Assembly: GCA_902805495.1 (NCBI GenBank)
Contig: CADCTH010000288.1
Span: forward strand, 1 to 47,572
Direction of reading: 5' to 3'
Source of the DNA: an uncultured Actinomycetospora sp.
Lineage (GTDB): Bacteria > Actinomycetota > Actinomycetes > Mycobacteriales > Pseudonocardiaceae
DNA: 47,572 bases
The notes under the pieces: model-generated
What the model was told of the DNA's origin: nothing
Seen by the model: the letters and a program-made list of their open reading frames with translations, nothing else
The model's database searches: none
Shown here: in pieces, positions 21,891-30,316 of the stretch
How the letters are laid out: the number at the start of each line of letters is the position of its first letter
Numbering within the stretch: the stretch's first letter is position 1
Translations under genes and position numbers: made by a program

Positions 21891-22725
21891 GTGCCCGTCG
21901 CTCCTGTCCGCCGGCCCGATCGACTACGACGACACGGGCGGCGACGGCCCCGTCGTCGTCCTGCTCCACGGGCTGCTCATGGACGCCACGGTGTGGCGGC
22001 CGGTGGTCGACCGCCTCGCCCCGCGCCACCGCTGCCTCACCCCGACGCTGCCCCTGGGCTCGCACCGCCGGCCGACCTACCCGGACGCCGACCTGTCCCT
22101 GCCGGCGATGGTGCGGCTGGTCGGCGAGTTCCTCGACGCCCTCGACCTCCGCGACGTGACCCTGGTCGGCAACGACTGGGGCGGCGCCCAGCTGCTGACC
22201 GTGCACGGCGACGACGCCCGGCTCGCCCGGCTCGTGCTCGTGGCCTGCGAGGCGTTCGACAACTACCCGCCCGGGCTGCCCGGGCGCCTCGTCACGCTGG
22301 CCTCGCGGGTGCCCGGGGCGCTCTGGCTGAGCCTGCAGCTCCTGCGCACCCGGGCGGGACGCCGCGCGCCCGGCGGGTGGGGGTGGATGAGCAAGCGCCC
22401 GGTGCCCGACGACGTCGCCGACGGGTGGTTCACGCCGGCGCGCCGCAGCCGCACCGTGCGCCGTGACCTGCGCAAGTACGCCGCGCACCCGCCCGCCCGG
22501 GCGACGCTGCTGGCGTGGAGCGAGCAGCAGGCGGCCTTCGACCGCCCGGTCCTCGTGGTCTGGGCGCCCGAGGACCGGGTCATGCCGCGGGCCCACGGCC
22601 CGCGCCTCGCCGACCTCTACCCCGACGGGCGGCTCGTCGAGATCCCCGACAGCCGGACCCTCGTCCCCGTGGACCGGCCGGCCGAGCTCGCGGCGGTGAT
22701 CGACGGGTTCGTCGCCGCGTCCTGA
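21891..22725 (+). pseudogene. Alpha/beta hydrolase with an apparent frameshift near 21900
   Basis: The main frame reads LSAGPIDYDDTGGDGPVVVLLHG...GNDWGG from 21901 but has no ATG/GTG before 21979. The RBS-linked GTG at 21891 (and GTG 21882) is one base out of frame. Confidence 0.7.
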
Positions 22726-22736
22726 CGGCTCACGTC

Positions 22737-24050
22737 TCAGGGCGAGGGCGTCCGGCCGCCGACCGCGGTGGCCGACACCGGCGCGGGGCGCAGGTCCGGG
22801 GACGCCGACGCGGCGGCGCGGGCGACCGAGGGCAGCAGGCGTTCGTGGCCCGTGGTCGACCAGTCCAGCACCAGCAGCGTCGCGTCGTCCTGGAGCAGGC
22901 CGCCCTGGTGGTCGAGGACCGCGGCGGCGAGGCGGCGCAGCCGCTCGGGCGCGGAGACGTCGTCGAGCTCCGCGCGCTCGCTGAGGTCGACCAGGCGGCG
23001 TTCCCCGAAGAGCACGCCGTCGGCGTCGCGGGCCTCGGTGATCCCGTCGGTGTAGAAGACGACGCGGTCGTCGGGCTCGAGCCACTCGACCGACACCCGG
23101 GCGGGCACGGCCCGCTGGCCGGTGAGGTGGGGCCCGAGCCCCAGCGGCAGGCGCGGCGTCGCCCGGAACGCGTCGACGAGGTGCCCGTGGCGCAGCAGCA
23201 GCGGGCGCGGGTGCCCGGCGACGAGGTAGCGCAGCTCGCCCGTGCGCAGGTCGAGCCGGGCGAGGACAGCGGTGACGAACCGGGGCCGGGTGCTCGCGGC
23301 CTGCATCTGGACGTCGGCCTCGGCGGCGAGCGCGACGAGGTCGTCCACGCCGCGCCGGCGGGCGTTGCGGATGGCGCTGACCGCCAGCGCGGTGGCACTC
23401 CCGGCGGCGAGGTCGTGCCCGACGCCGTCGAAGACCGCGACGTAGGCGGTCTCGGTGTCGACGGCGTAGTCGTAGGCGTCGCCCGCGACCTGGTCGCCGG
23501 GCTCGAGCAGCGCGGTGACGACGACGTCCTCGGTGGCGAACGTCCGGGGTGGGACCAACTGCCAGAGCAGCTCGGCGGCCACCGACAAGGGCCGGGGCGC
23601 CCGGATGCGGCGCACGCGGTCGCTGTAGGGCAGCTTGGCGATGGCGATGTGGCCCATCAGCCCGGAGAGCGTCCAGCAGCGGCGCCGGAACTCCAGGTCG
23701 TCGACGACGTCGGCGTCGAGCTCGAGGCGCACGACGCCGGCGCGCTCCGTGCCGTCGAGCATCGGGACCCACAGCAGACGCCGCCCCTGCTCGTCGAGGC
23801 CGGCGACGAACTCGCCGTGCTGGAACGCCCGCCCGGCGAGCGTCCCGTCGACGGACAGGGGTGTCGGGGGATCGATCCGCAGCGAGGTCAGCACCCGCTG
23901 GCCCAGGTCGACCAGGAACACGTCGGCGCGCAGGCCCAGCGGCGCCACGGCCTCGTCGACCATGGCCGAGAGGCCCTCGCCCACGACGAGGTGCGCACGG
24001 TCGGTGAGCGCGCTGAAGACGTCGCCCCACGTCCGCCCCGCCACCGCCAC
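22737..24050 (-). CDS. PP2C/SpoIIE-family Ser/Thr phosphatase (RsbU-like)
   Basis: GDAYDY, FDGVGHD, FVTA, AGHP, YTDGITEAR, DDATL. GTG 24050 lies 7 nt after a TAGTGT -10. Confidence 0.9.
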   Translation of the reverse strand: MAVAGRTWGDVFSALTDRAHLVVGEGLSAMVDEAVAPLGLRADVFLVDLGQRVLTSLRIDPPTPLSVDGTLAGRAFQHGEFVAGLDEQGRRLLWVPMLDGTERAGVVRLELDADVVDDLEFRRRCWTLSGLMGHIAIAKLPYSDRVRRIRAPRPLSVAAELLWQLVPPRTFATEDVVVTALLEPGDQVAGDAYDYAVDTETAYVAVFDGVGHDLAAGSATALAVSAIRNARRRGVDDLVALAAEADVQMQAASTRPRFVTAVLARLDLRTGELRYLVAGHPRPLLLRHGHLVDAFRATPRLPLGLGPHLTGQRAVPARVSVEWLEPDDRVVFYTDGITEARDADGVLFGERRLVDLSERAELDDVSAPERLRRLAAAVLDHQGGLLQDDATLLVLDWSTTGHERLLPSVARAAASASPDLRPAPVSATAVGGRTPSP

Positions 24051-24164
24051 GGCCGGAACACTACGGCGGGAGCCGCCGGGCGATGCAGTCCAGCATCCGT
24101 GAGGGAGAGGACGACCGGCCACGGCAGCGACGACGACGAGTCCGTCCGCACCGTCCACCCGCTG

Positions 24165-24302
24165 CGCGTCTCGCGGCTCGAGGAGAACCTCGGCGCCGAC
24201 GCCGTCACGCTGACCCCCGACCAGCTGCGCCGCCTCGACGAGCTCGCCGCGCTCGAGGGCGAGCACCACACCGCCGAGCAGATGCAGCTCATCGAGCGCT
24301 GA
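24165..24302 (+). pseudogene. C-terminal remnant of an aldo/keto reductase
   Basis: RVSRLEENLGADAVTLTPDQLRRLDEL...GEHH resembles the AKR tail following IPGT; the rest of the gene is absent. Confidence 0.7.
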
Positions 24303-24305
24303 GCG

Positions 24306-24743
24306 TCAGCCCGAGGACGCGAGGAGCTCGGGGAAGCGCCGGACCCAGCGCCGCTGCCACGGGGTCTCCACCGCACGGTGGTGGTGGTGGCGCCGGGTCC
24401 AGGCCACCGCGTGGTCGGCGGGGAGGCCGTCGAGGATCGCCAGGCAGGCGATGACGGTGCCGGTGCGCCCCTTGCCGGCCCGGCAGGCCGTCTCGACGCG
24501 CTCGCCCGCGCGGGCTCGGTCGTAGAGCTGCTCGATCGCCCGCACCGCGAGGAGCGGGTCGTCGGGCACGCCGAAGTCCGGCCACGCGAGCCGCTCGTGC
24601 TCCCACGCCGGGTGGTACTCGACGCCCAGGTAGAGCCCGTACTCGGGCTCGCGGCCCACGGGCAGCGGGTCCTGGACGCCGCGACCCCGCACCACGGTCC
24701 GGCCGGGCAGGACGAGCGTCGCGTGCCAGCCGTCGGGAGCCAT
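24306..24743 (-). CDS. Protein-tyrosine/dual-specificity phosphatase family protein
   Basis: WPDFG loop, CRAGKGR (CX5R) P-loop, AVETPWQ. Confidence 0.88.
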   Translation of the reverse strand: MAPDGWHATLVLPGRTVVRGRGVQDPLPVGREPEYGLYLGVEYHPAWEHERLAWPDFGVPDDPLLAVRAIEQLYDRARAGERVETACRAGKGRTGTVIACLAILDGLPADHAVAWTRRHHHHRAVETPWQRRWVRRFPELLASSG

Positions 24744-24876
24744 GTCGCCACTGTGCCCGGACCTCGCCGTTGTGACGCGTCGGGTGATCACCGGCGAACG
24801 GGGTAGCGCGCCTCGCGAGCGGGGTAGCCGCGCGCTCAGCCCGCGACGGGAGCGGGACGAGACACAGGGGGAACGG

Positions 24877-25635
24877 ATGGACACCTCGCAGCGCGAGACC
24901 CGGGAGCGGGGCTCGGCGGGGCTCTACGGCAGCAGCGTCGGGACGAACATGGCGGCCGCCGGCGCCGCGGAGCTGATCGGGACGGCGATCCTGGTGTTCG
25001 CCGGGACGGGGGTCGCGACGGCGGCGACGCTGGCGCAACCGGTGGCGGGCGCGGGCTACGACTCGCTGGCGACGCCGCTGGCGTTCGGTGTGGCCCTGCT
25101 CGCGGTGGTGGCCGCGATCGGCCACGTGTCGGGTGCGCACGTGAACCCGGCGGTGACGCTGGGCCTCGCGGCGACGGGGAAGTTCCCGTGGCGCTACGTG
25201 CCGGCCTACCTCGTGGCCCAGCTCGTCGGCGCGGTCGTCGGGGCACTGGGGACCTGGGTGGCGTTCGGGGCGCCGGGGCGCGACCGGGCTTCGCTGGCCG
25301 CGACCGCGCCCGCGGCCGGGGTCGGCCCGCTGCAGGCGCTCGTGATCGAGGCCGTGGTGACCTTCGTGCTGGTCTTCGTGGTCATCTCGGTGGCGACCGA
25401 CGAGCGGGTGGCCGACGCGGTCGCCCCGATCGCGGTGGGCGCGGCCCTGACCGTCGGCGTGTTCGTGGCGGGCCCGGTCACCGGGGGCGCGGTCAACCCG
25501 GTGCGCGCGCTGGGCCCGATGCTGGTCTCGGGCTCGTTCACCGGCTGGTGGATCTACCTGGTCGGGCCGATCGTCGGCGGCGTGGTGGCTGCGGTGGTCT
25601 ACGACCGCTTCGTCCGCAAGGCCGACAGCCCCTGA
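24877..25635 (+). CDS. MIP/aquaporin family channel
   Basis: AELIGT, SGAHVNPA, GGAVNPVR, WIYLVGP; hydrophobic throughout. Confidence 0.93.
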   Translation: MDTSQRETRERGSAGLYGSSVGTNMAAAGAAELIGTAILVFAGTGVATAATLAQPVAGAGYDSLATPLAFGVALLAVVAAIGHVSGAHVNPAVTLGLAATGKFPWRYVPAYLVAQLVGAVVGALGTWVAFGAPGRDRASLAATAPAAGVGPLQALVIEAVVTFVLVFVVISVATDERVADAVAPIAVGAALTVGVFVAGPVTGGAVNPVRALGPMLVSGSFTGWWIYLVGPIVGGVVAAVVYDRFVRKADSP

Positions 25636-25641
25636 GCCCCG

Positions 25642-26658
25642 TCAGGCCGCGGCGACGCGCACCGGCGCGCCGGTCTCCTGCAGGTGGCGCAGGGTCTGGG
25701 CGTAGGAGTCGAACAGCCCGGTCTCGGTGTACGAGATGCCCTGGCGGGCGCAGAACGCGGCGACGAGCGGCTTCGCCCGGCGCAGGTTCGGCCGGGGCAT
25801 GCGGGCGAACAGGTGGTGCTCGATCTGGTGGTTCAGCCCGCCCATGAGGTGATCGATCACGAGGTTGCCCCGGATGTTGCGCGAGGTGAGCACCTGCTTG
25901 CGGATCGGGTCGAGCTTGTCCTCCGCCGACACCATCGGCATGCCCTTGTGGTTCGGGGCGAACACCGCGCCGAGGTGGAGCCCGAACAGCCCCTGCTGCA
26001 CGAGGACGAACACGATGGCCGGGCCCGGTGAGAGCACCGCGAACACCGCGCCGAGGTAGAGCACGGCGTGGACGGCGAGCAGCGCCGCCTCGAGGCGGGG
26101 CGCCCGCAGCTTCCCGCCGACGAGGGCCCGCACGCTGGTGACGTGCAGGCTCACGCCTTCGAGCAGGAGCAGCGGGAAGAACAGCACCGCCTGGTGGCGG
26201 GTGATGAAGCCGGCGACGCCGCGGCGCCCCACCGCCTGCTCGGGGCTGAACGCGAGCACCGGGATCTGGACGTCGGGGTCGCGGTCCTCGTGGTTGGGGT
26301 TGGCGTGGTGCGCGTTGTGGTCGTTGACCCAGCGCCCGTAGCCCAGCCCGATCGCGAGGTTGCCCGCGAGGTAGCCCACCGCGTCGTTGGCCCGCGAGCT
26401 GTCGAAGATCTGGCGGTGGCCGGCGTCGTGGCCGATGAAGCCGCACTGCGCGGCGACCGCCGCGAAGACCGGCGCGAGGGCCACCGCCCACCACGAGTCG
26501 CCGATGGCGACGAACGCGACGCCGGCCCCGGCGAGCACCGTCAGGGTGACCGCGACCAGGGCGGCGTACCAGCCGCGGCGCCGCTCGAGCAGTCCCGCGG
26601 CGCGCAGCGTGTGGGTCAGGTCGGCGAACTCGGTGCGGCGGGGGACAGGTCGGGTCAC
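25642..26658 (-). CDS. Membrane fatty acid (acyl-CoA) desaturase, front-end-type His boxes
   Basis: HDAGH, HNAHH and QIEHH boxes; DPD; APNHKGM. Confidence 0.92.
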   Translation of the reverse strand: MTRPVPRRTEFADLTHTLRAAGLLERRRGWYAALVAVTLTVLAGAGVAFVAIGDSWWAVALAPVFAAVAAQCGFIGHDAGHRQIFDSSRANDAVGYLAGNLAIGLGYGRWVNDHNAHHANPNHEDRDPDVQIPVLAFSPEQAVGRRGVAGFITRHQAVLFFPLLLLEGVSLHVTSVRALVGGKLRAPRLEAALLAVHAVLYLGAVFAVLSPGPAIVFVLVQQGLFGLHLGAVFAPNHKGMPMVSAEDKLDPIRKQVLTSRNIRGNLVIDHLMGGLNHQIEHHLFARMPRPNLRRAKPLVAAFCARQGISYTETGLFDSYAQTLRHLQETGAPVRVAAA

Positions 26659-26989
26659 GGGCGGTGCCTCTCGGGTGCCGGAGATCGCCGAGGCAGCACG
26701 GGGGACGCCTCGGATCGGGGTGCGGAACGTCCACCGGGTCCGGGGCAGACACGACGCCCGGCACCGAGCCGGTGCCGTGACGCCTCCATCGTCCCACGGT
26801 CGGGGCGCGGGCACCGTGCGCGACGAGGGACCCGTCACCGGTACCTCCTTTCGGGGGCATGGAGGAGCGCCCGACCGGGGCTACGGTGATCCGATCGGCA
26901 GTGGACGTGCCCCGGACCCCGGTGCGCCCGCGCGCGGCGCGGCGCTGTGGGGGTGGGCGGGCTTGGAGACGGACGATGCCGCGCGTCGG

Positions 26990-27322
26990 GTGAGCACCCG
27001 GATCGTGCTGGACGGCGATCTGGACGCCCGGGCCGCCGAGGACCTGCTGGAGCACTGCCGCCGCCGGGCCCCGGGGTCGGCGCCGGACCTCGTGGTCGAC
27101 GTGAGCGCCGTGCGCACCTGCGACGCCGACGGGCTCGGGGTGCTGCTGGCGCTGTACTCGGGGGACGCCGGGCCCGGCCTGGTCCTCCACGGTGTGCGCT
27201 GGAGCCAGTTCTTCGGTCTGCTCGTCGAGTCCCCGCTGGAGGACGTCGGCCGGGTGCGCCAGCAGGTCCGCCAGCTCGTGTGGGACGCGCGGCGCAACCG
27301 ACGCACCCGCCGGGACCTCTGA
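26990..27322 (+). CDS. STAS-domain (anti-anti-sigma-like) protein
   Basis: IVLDGDLD...LVVDVSAVRTCDADGLGVLL; start uncertain (TTG 26963 or GTG 26990). Confidence 0.72.
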   Translation: MSTRIVLDGDLDARAAEDLLEHCRRRAPGSAPDLVVDVSAVRTCDADGLGVLLALYSGDAGPGLVLHGVRWSQFFGLLVESPLEDVGRVRQQVRQLVWDARRNRRTRRDL

Positions 27323-27425
27323 CCCCCTCGCCTCGCGCCCGCGTTCGCCCGCGTCGTCCGGACGACGGGCGGCCGTCACCCCTACGATGGCCGCGTCGGC
27401 CGGTCGGGGCAGCGGGGGTGGGCGT

Positions 27426-28171
27426 GTGGGCCTTGGCGACCGCGACGACCGCGACGACCTCGACGGCTACCTCGACCGCTGGTCGCGGGCGCACGGCGAC
27501 TACGACGTGCGGTCCTCCCCGGCGACGCTGCTGTGGCTGCGCATCGCGTACCGCCTCGCCGCCCCGCTCGCGCGGCGGAGGGTCCCGCCGGGGCGGGTCA
27601 CCGTCCTCGGCGGCGTGGGGGCGGTCGCGATCGGCGGGGTCGCCTGGCTCGGCGGCCGGTGGGCGCTGCTCGCGGCGGTGCTCGTCGTGGTCGTCGCGCT
27701 GCTCGACGGCGTCGACGGCGCGCTCGCGGAGCTGTCCGACTCCGCCACCGCCTGGGGACGCATCCTCGACCAGCTCGTCGACCGCGTCAGCGACCTCGCC
27801 ATGATCGTCGCCCTGTGGGCGCTGGGCGCCCCCGGGCCCGTGTGCGCGGCGGCCGCGGTGCTCACCGTCCTCGACGAGTCGGTGCGGGCGAGCGCGGCCG
27901 CGGAGGGCATGGCCGAGGTCGGTCTCGTGACCATCGCCGAGCGCCCCGCCCGGCTGCTGATCGGGGGCCTGTCGCTGGCAGCGCCGGCGTCGTCCCGTCC
28001 GTCGCGGTCGCCGTGGTCACCGGGGGCGCGGCGCTGTGGGCGGTCCTGGCCGTCGTCGCCACGGTGCAGCTGGTGGTCAACGTTCGGCGCCGGTTGCGGG
28101 GGCGGAAGCGCAACGTGGCGCTGGCGGCCGAGCGCGCCGACGAGCCGGGGGAGCGCGAGGAGCCCGCGTAG
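27426..28171 (+). pseudogene. CDP-alcohol phosphatidyltransferase with a 1-nt frameshift near 27977
   Basis: Signature LDGVDGALA...GRILDQLVDRVSD and ERP.R. The last TM helix (AGVVPSVAVAVVTGGAALWAVL..VQL) continues in the -1 frame to TAG 28171. Start uncertain (ATG 27387 or GTG 27426). Confidence 0.8.
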
Positions 28172-28177
28172 AGCGGG

Positions 28178-28588
28178 TCAGCCCGCGTCGACCGACCGGG
28201 CCAGCGCCGCCGGGAGGCTGTCGACGATCTCGAAGACGTCGCCGAGGTCGAGCACCGCGGCGACCCGGCTCACCAGCCCGTGCCCGCCGACCACGAGCCG
28301 TGCCGGGCCCGGCGTGCTGCGGGCCTCCTCGACCAGCGCGGCGATGATCGTCGCGCCGAGGTACGTCGCGCCGCTCAGGTCGATCACGATCCGGTGCTCC
28401 GCCGCGACGGGGACACCCGAGCGCCGGCGCGTCCCGCGGACGCGGGCGATCGCCTCGCGCAACTCGTCCTTGGTCGCCAGGTCGAGCTCACCGCGACCCT
28501 CGACGACGAGGACCTCCTCGCCGGGGAGCTCGCGGAGCTCGACCCGGAAGCCGCTGTCCTCGCCCGGATCGTCTGGGGCGCGCCGCAC
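28178..28588 (-). CDS. STAS-domain (anti-anti-sigma-like) protein
   Basis: GELDLAT..LREAI, IVIDLSGATYL, V.RV..V.DL.DVFEI.DSL.AAL. Confidence 0.85.
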   Translation of the reverse strand: MRRAPDDPGEDSGFRVELRELPGEEVLVVEGRGELDLATKDELREAIARVRGTRRRSGVPVAAEHRIVIDLSGATYLGATIIAALVEEARSTPGPARLVVGGHGLVSRVAAVLDLGDVFEIVDSLPAALARSVDAG

Positions 28589-29018
28589 GCTGATGAGCTC
28601 GTCCTTCCTGGACCGGGATCACACGAGGCGGGGTGCGCCGGGGGCGCACAGAGGTGGACCGGGCGGAGCGGGCGGTGCGGCCGGCGGGACCGGCGAGGCG
28701 CGGCCCGCGACGACGAGGTCGCGGGGCGAGCCCGCGTCTGGACCCGCCGGGAGGAGATCGTCGGCGGAGGAGCCGCCGGAACCGATCGCGGCCAACCGTA
28801 TCGGGTGCCCCGACGTCGACCAAGACCGCCACGGGCGCCGTCGCCTCCCCGTCCACTCGGCGGCGATCGGGCGACCACTCGCCGGACGCGCCGGTGGCCG
28901 TCGGACCAACCCGGTGTGTCCATTGCCCGCGTCGGGGGTGTGTCGAGGGCCCGCGCGGTTAGGATCGTCCCCGGGTGGAGGCTTGACCTGCGGGGAAGGG
29001 GTGGATGTGCCGGGCTCG

Positions 29019-29393
29019 ATGACCGTCGCCGAGCTCGCTCGCGGGCTCGAGACCCGCGCGCTCGTCGCGCTCGATCCGCGCGAGGCCGAGGTCTTCGCCG
29101 GCGCGCACATCCCCGGGAGCTGGTCGGCGACCCCGAGCGTGCTCGTCCGGCGGCTGCGCGACAGTGACGACGCCCTGTTCGCGGCCCTGTTCTCGGGCGG
29201 CGCGCGGCCCGTCTGCGTCGTCGCGGACACCGACGAGCAGGCGGCGGCCGCGACGGCCCTGCTCGCCGAGGTCGGCCTCACCGACGTCGCCACGCTGCGC
29301 GACGGCGTGCGCGCCTGGCGGCGCTCCGGGCGACCGGTCAACCGCGCCTTCGGTCCCCACCGCGAGACCGTCACCGCGGGGGACCCTCGCTGA
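29019..29393 (+). CDS. Rhodanese-like domain protein (catalytic Cys apparently absent), possibly fused to the downstream FGE
   Basis: LDPR...F..AHIPGS, L...G...VATLRDG..AW..SG.PV. The active-site loop reads VVADTDEQA. Start may be GTG 29001 or 29007. Confidence 0.8.
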   Translation: MTVAELARGLETRALVALDPREAEVFAGAHIPGSWSATPSVLVRRLRDSDDALFAALFSGGARPVCVVADTDEQAAAATALLAEVGLTDVATLRDGVRAWRRSGRPVNRAFGPHRETVTAGDPR

Positions 29394-30316
29394 CCGGCAC
29401 GACACCCGGACGGTCCGCCGTCCGCAGCACGCGGGGACAGGTCGCGCTCCCCGGGGGACGGTTCGCCATGGGCGACCACCTCGGCGAGGGCGGCGCCGCC
29501 GACGGCGAGCACCCGGTGCACCCCGTGACGCTGTCGCCGTTCGGGCTCGACGCCACGGCGGTGACCAACGCGGCGTTCGCGACGTTCGTCAAGGACACCG
29601 GGTACGTCACCGACGCGGAGCGCTGGGGGTCGTCGGCGGTGTTCCACCTGGCGTTCACCGGCGACCGGTCCGACGTGCTGACCAGCGTCGAGGGCGCGGG
29701 GTGGTGGCTCGGGGTGCGGGGCGCCTGCTGGCGGCGGCCGGAGGGCCCGGGCTCGTCGGTGGGCGACCGCGCGAACCACCCCGTGGTGCACGTGTCGTGG
29801 CACGACGCGCAGGCCTACGCCGCGTGGGCGGGCAAGCGCCTGCCCACCGAGGCCGAGTGGGAGTACGCCGCGCGCGGCGGGCTCGAGGGCGCCCGGTTCC
29901 CCTGGGGCGACGAGCTGCGTCCCGGGGGCCGCTGGGCGCTGAACGTCTGGCAGGGCCGCTTCCCCACCCACAACACCGCCGAGGACGGCTTCCTGACCAC
30001 CGCGCCGGTGAAGTCCTACCGCCCCAACGGCCACGGGCTGTGGCAGATGGTCGGCAACGTCTGGGAGTGGTGCTCCGACCGGTTCTCCCCGGACACCTAC
30101 CGCCGCGGCGCGGCCGTCGACCCGACCGGCCCCGACGAGGGGTCGGCGGTGGGGGAGGCCCGGGTCATGCGCGGCGGGTCGTACCTCTGCCACGACTCGT
30201 ACTGCTACCGCTACCGGGTGGCCGCACGCTCGTCGAACACCCCGGAGTCCAGCTCGGCGAACCTCGGGTTCCGCTGCGCGACGTCCGTGACCTCCGCGGT
30301 CACTGGGACGTCATGA
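29390..30316 (+). CDS. Formylglycine-generating enzyme (sulfatase-modifying factor); start uncertain
   Basis: RSTRGQVALPGGRFAMGD lies in frame upstream of ATG 29468; HPVVHVSW.DA, RLPTEAEWEYAARGG, MVGNVWEW, RGGSYLCHDSYC (both catalytic Cys), NLGFRC. Confidence 0.92.
   Translation: MTGTTPGRSAVRSTRGQVALPGGRFAMGDHLGEGGAADGEHPVHPVTLSPFGLDATAVTNAAFATFVKDTGYVTDAERWGSSAVFHLAFTGDRSDVLTSVEGAGWWLGVRGACWRRPEGPGSSVGDRANHPVVHVSWHDAQAYAAWAGKRLPTEAEWEYAARGGLEGARFPWGDELRPGGRWALNVWQGRFPTHNTAEDGFLTTAPVKSYRPNGHGLWQMVGNVWEWCSDRFSPDTYRRGAAVDPTGPDEGSAVGEARVMRGGSYLCHDSYCYRYRVAARSSNTPESSSANLGFRCATSVTSAVTGTS

Noticed and set aside
24800-24830. Repeated GGGGTAGC upstream of the aquaporin as SigB/SigF-type -10 elements
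   Set aside because: No convincing -35 at the expected spacing; cannot be supported by eye.
27192-29393. 733-aa ORF appearing to fuse CDP-alcohol phosphatidyltransferase with rhodanese
   Set aside because: Artefact of the frameshift near 27977 reading through the antisense STAS gene; the middle is non-protein-like.
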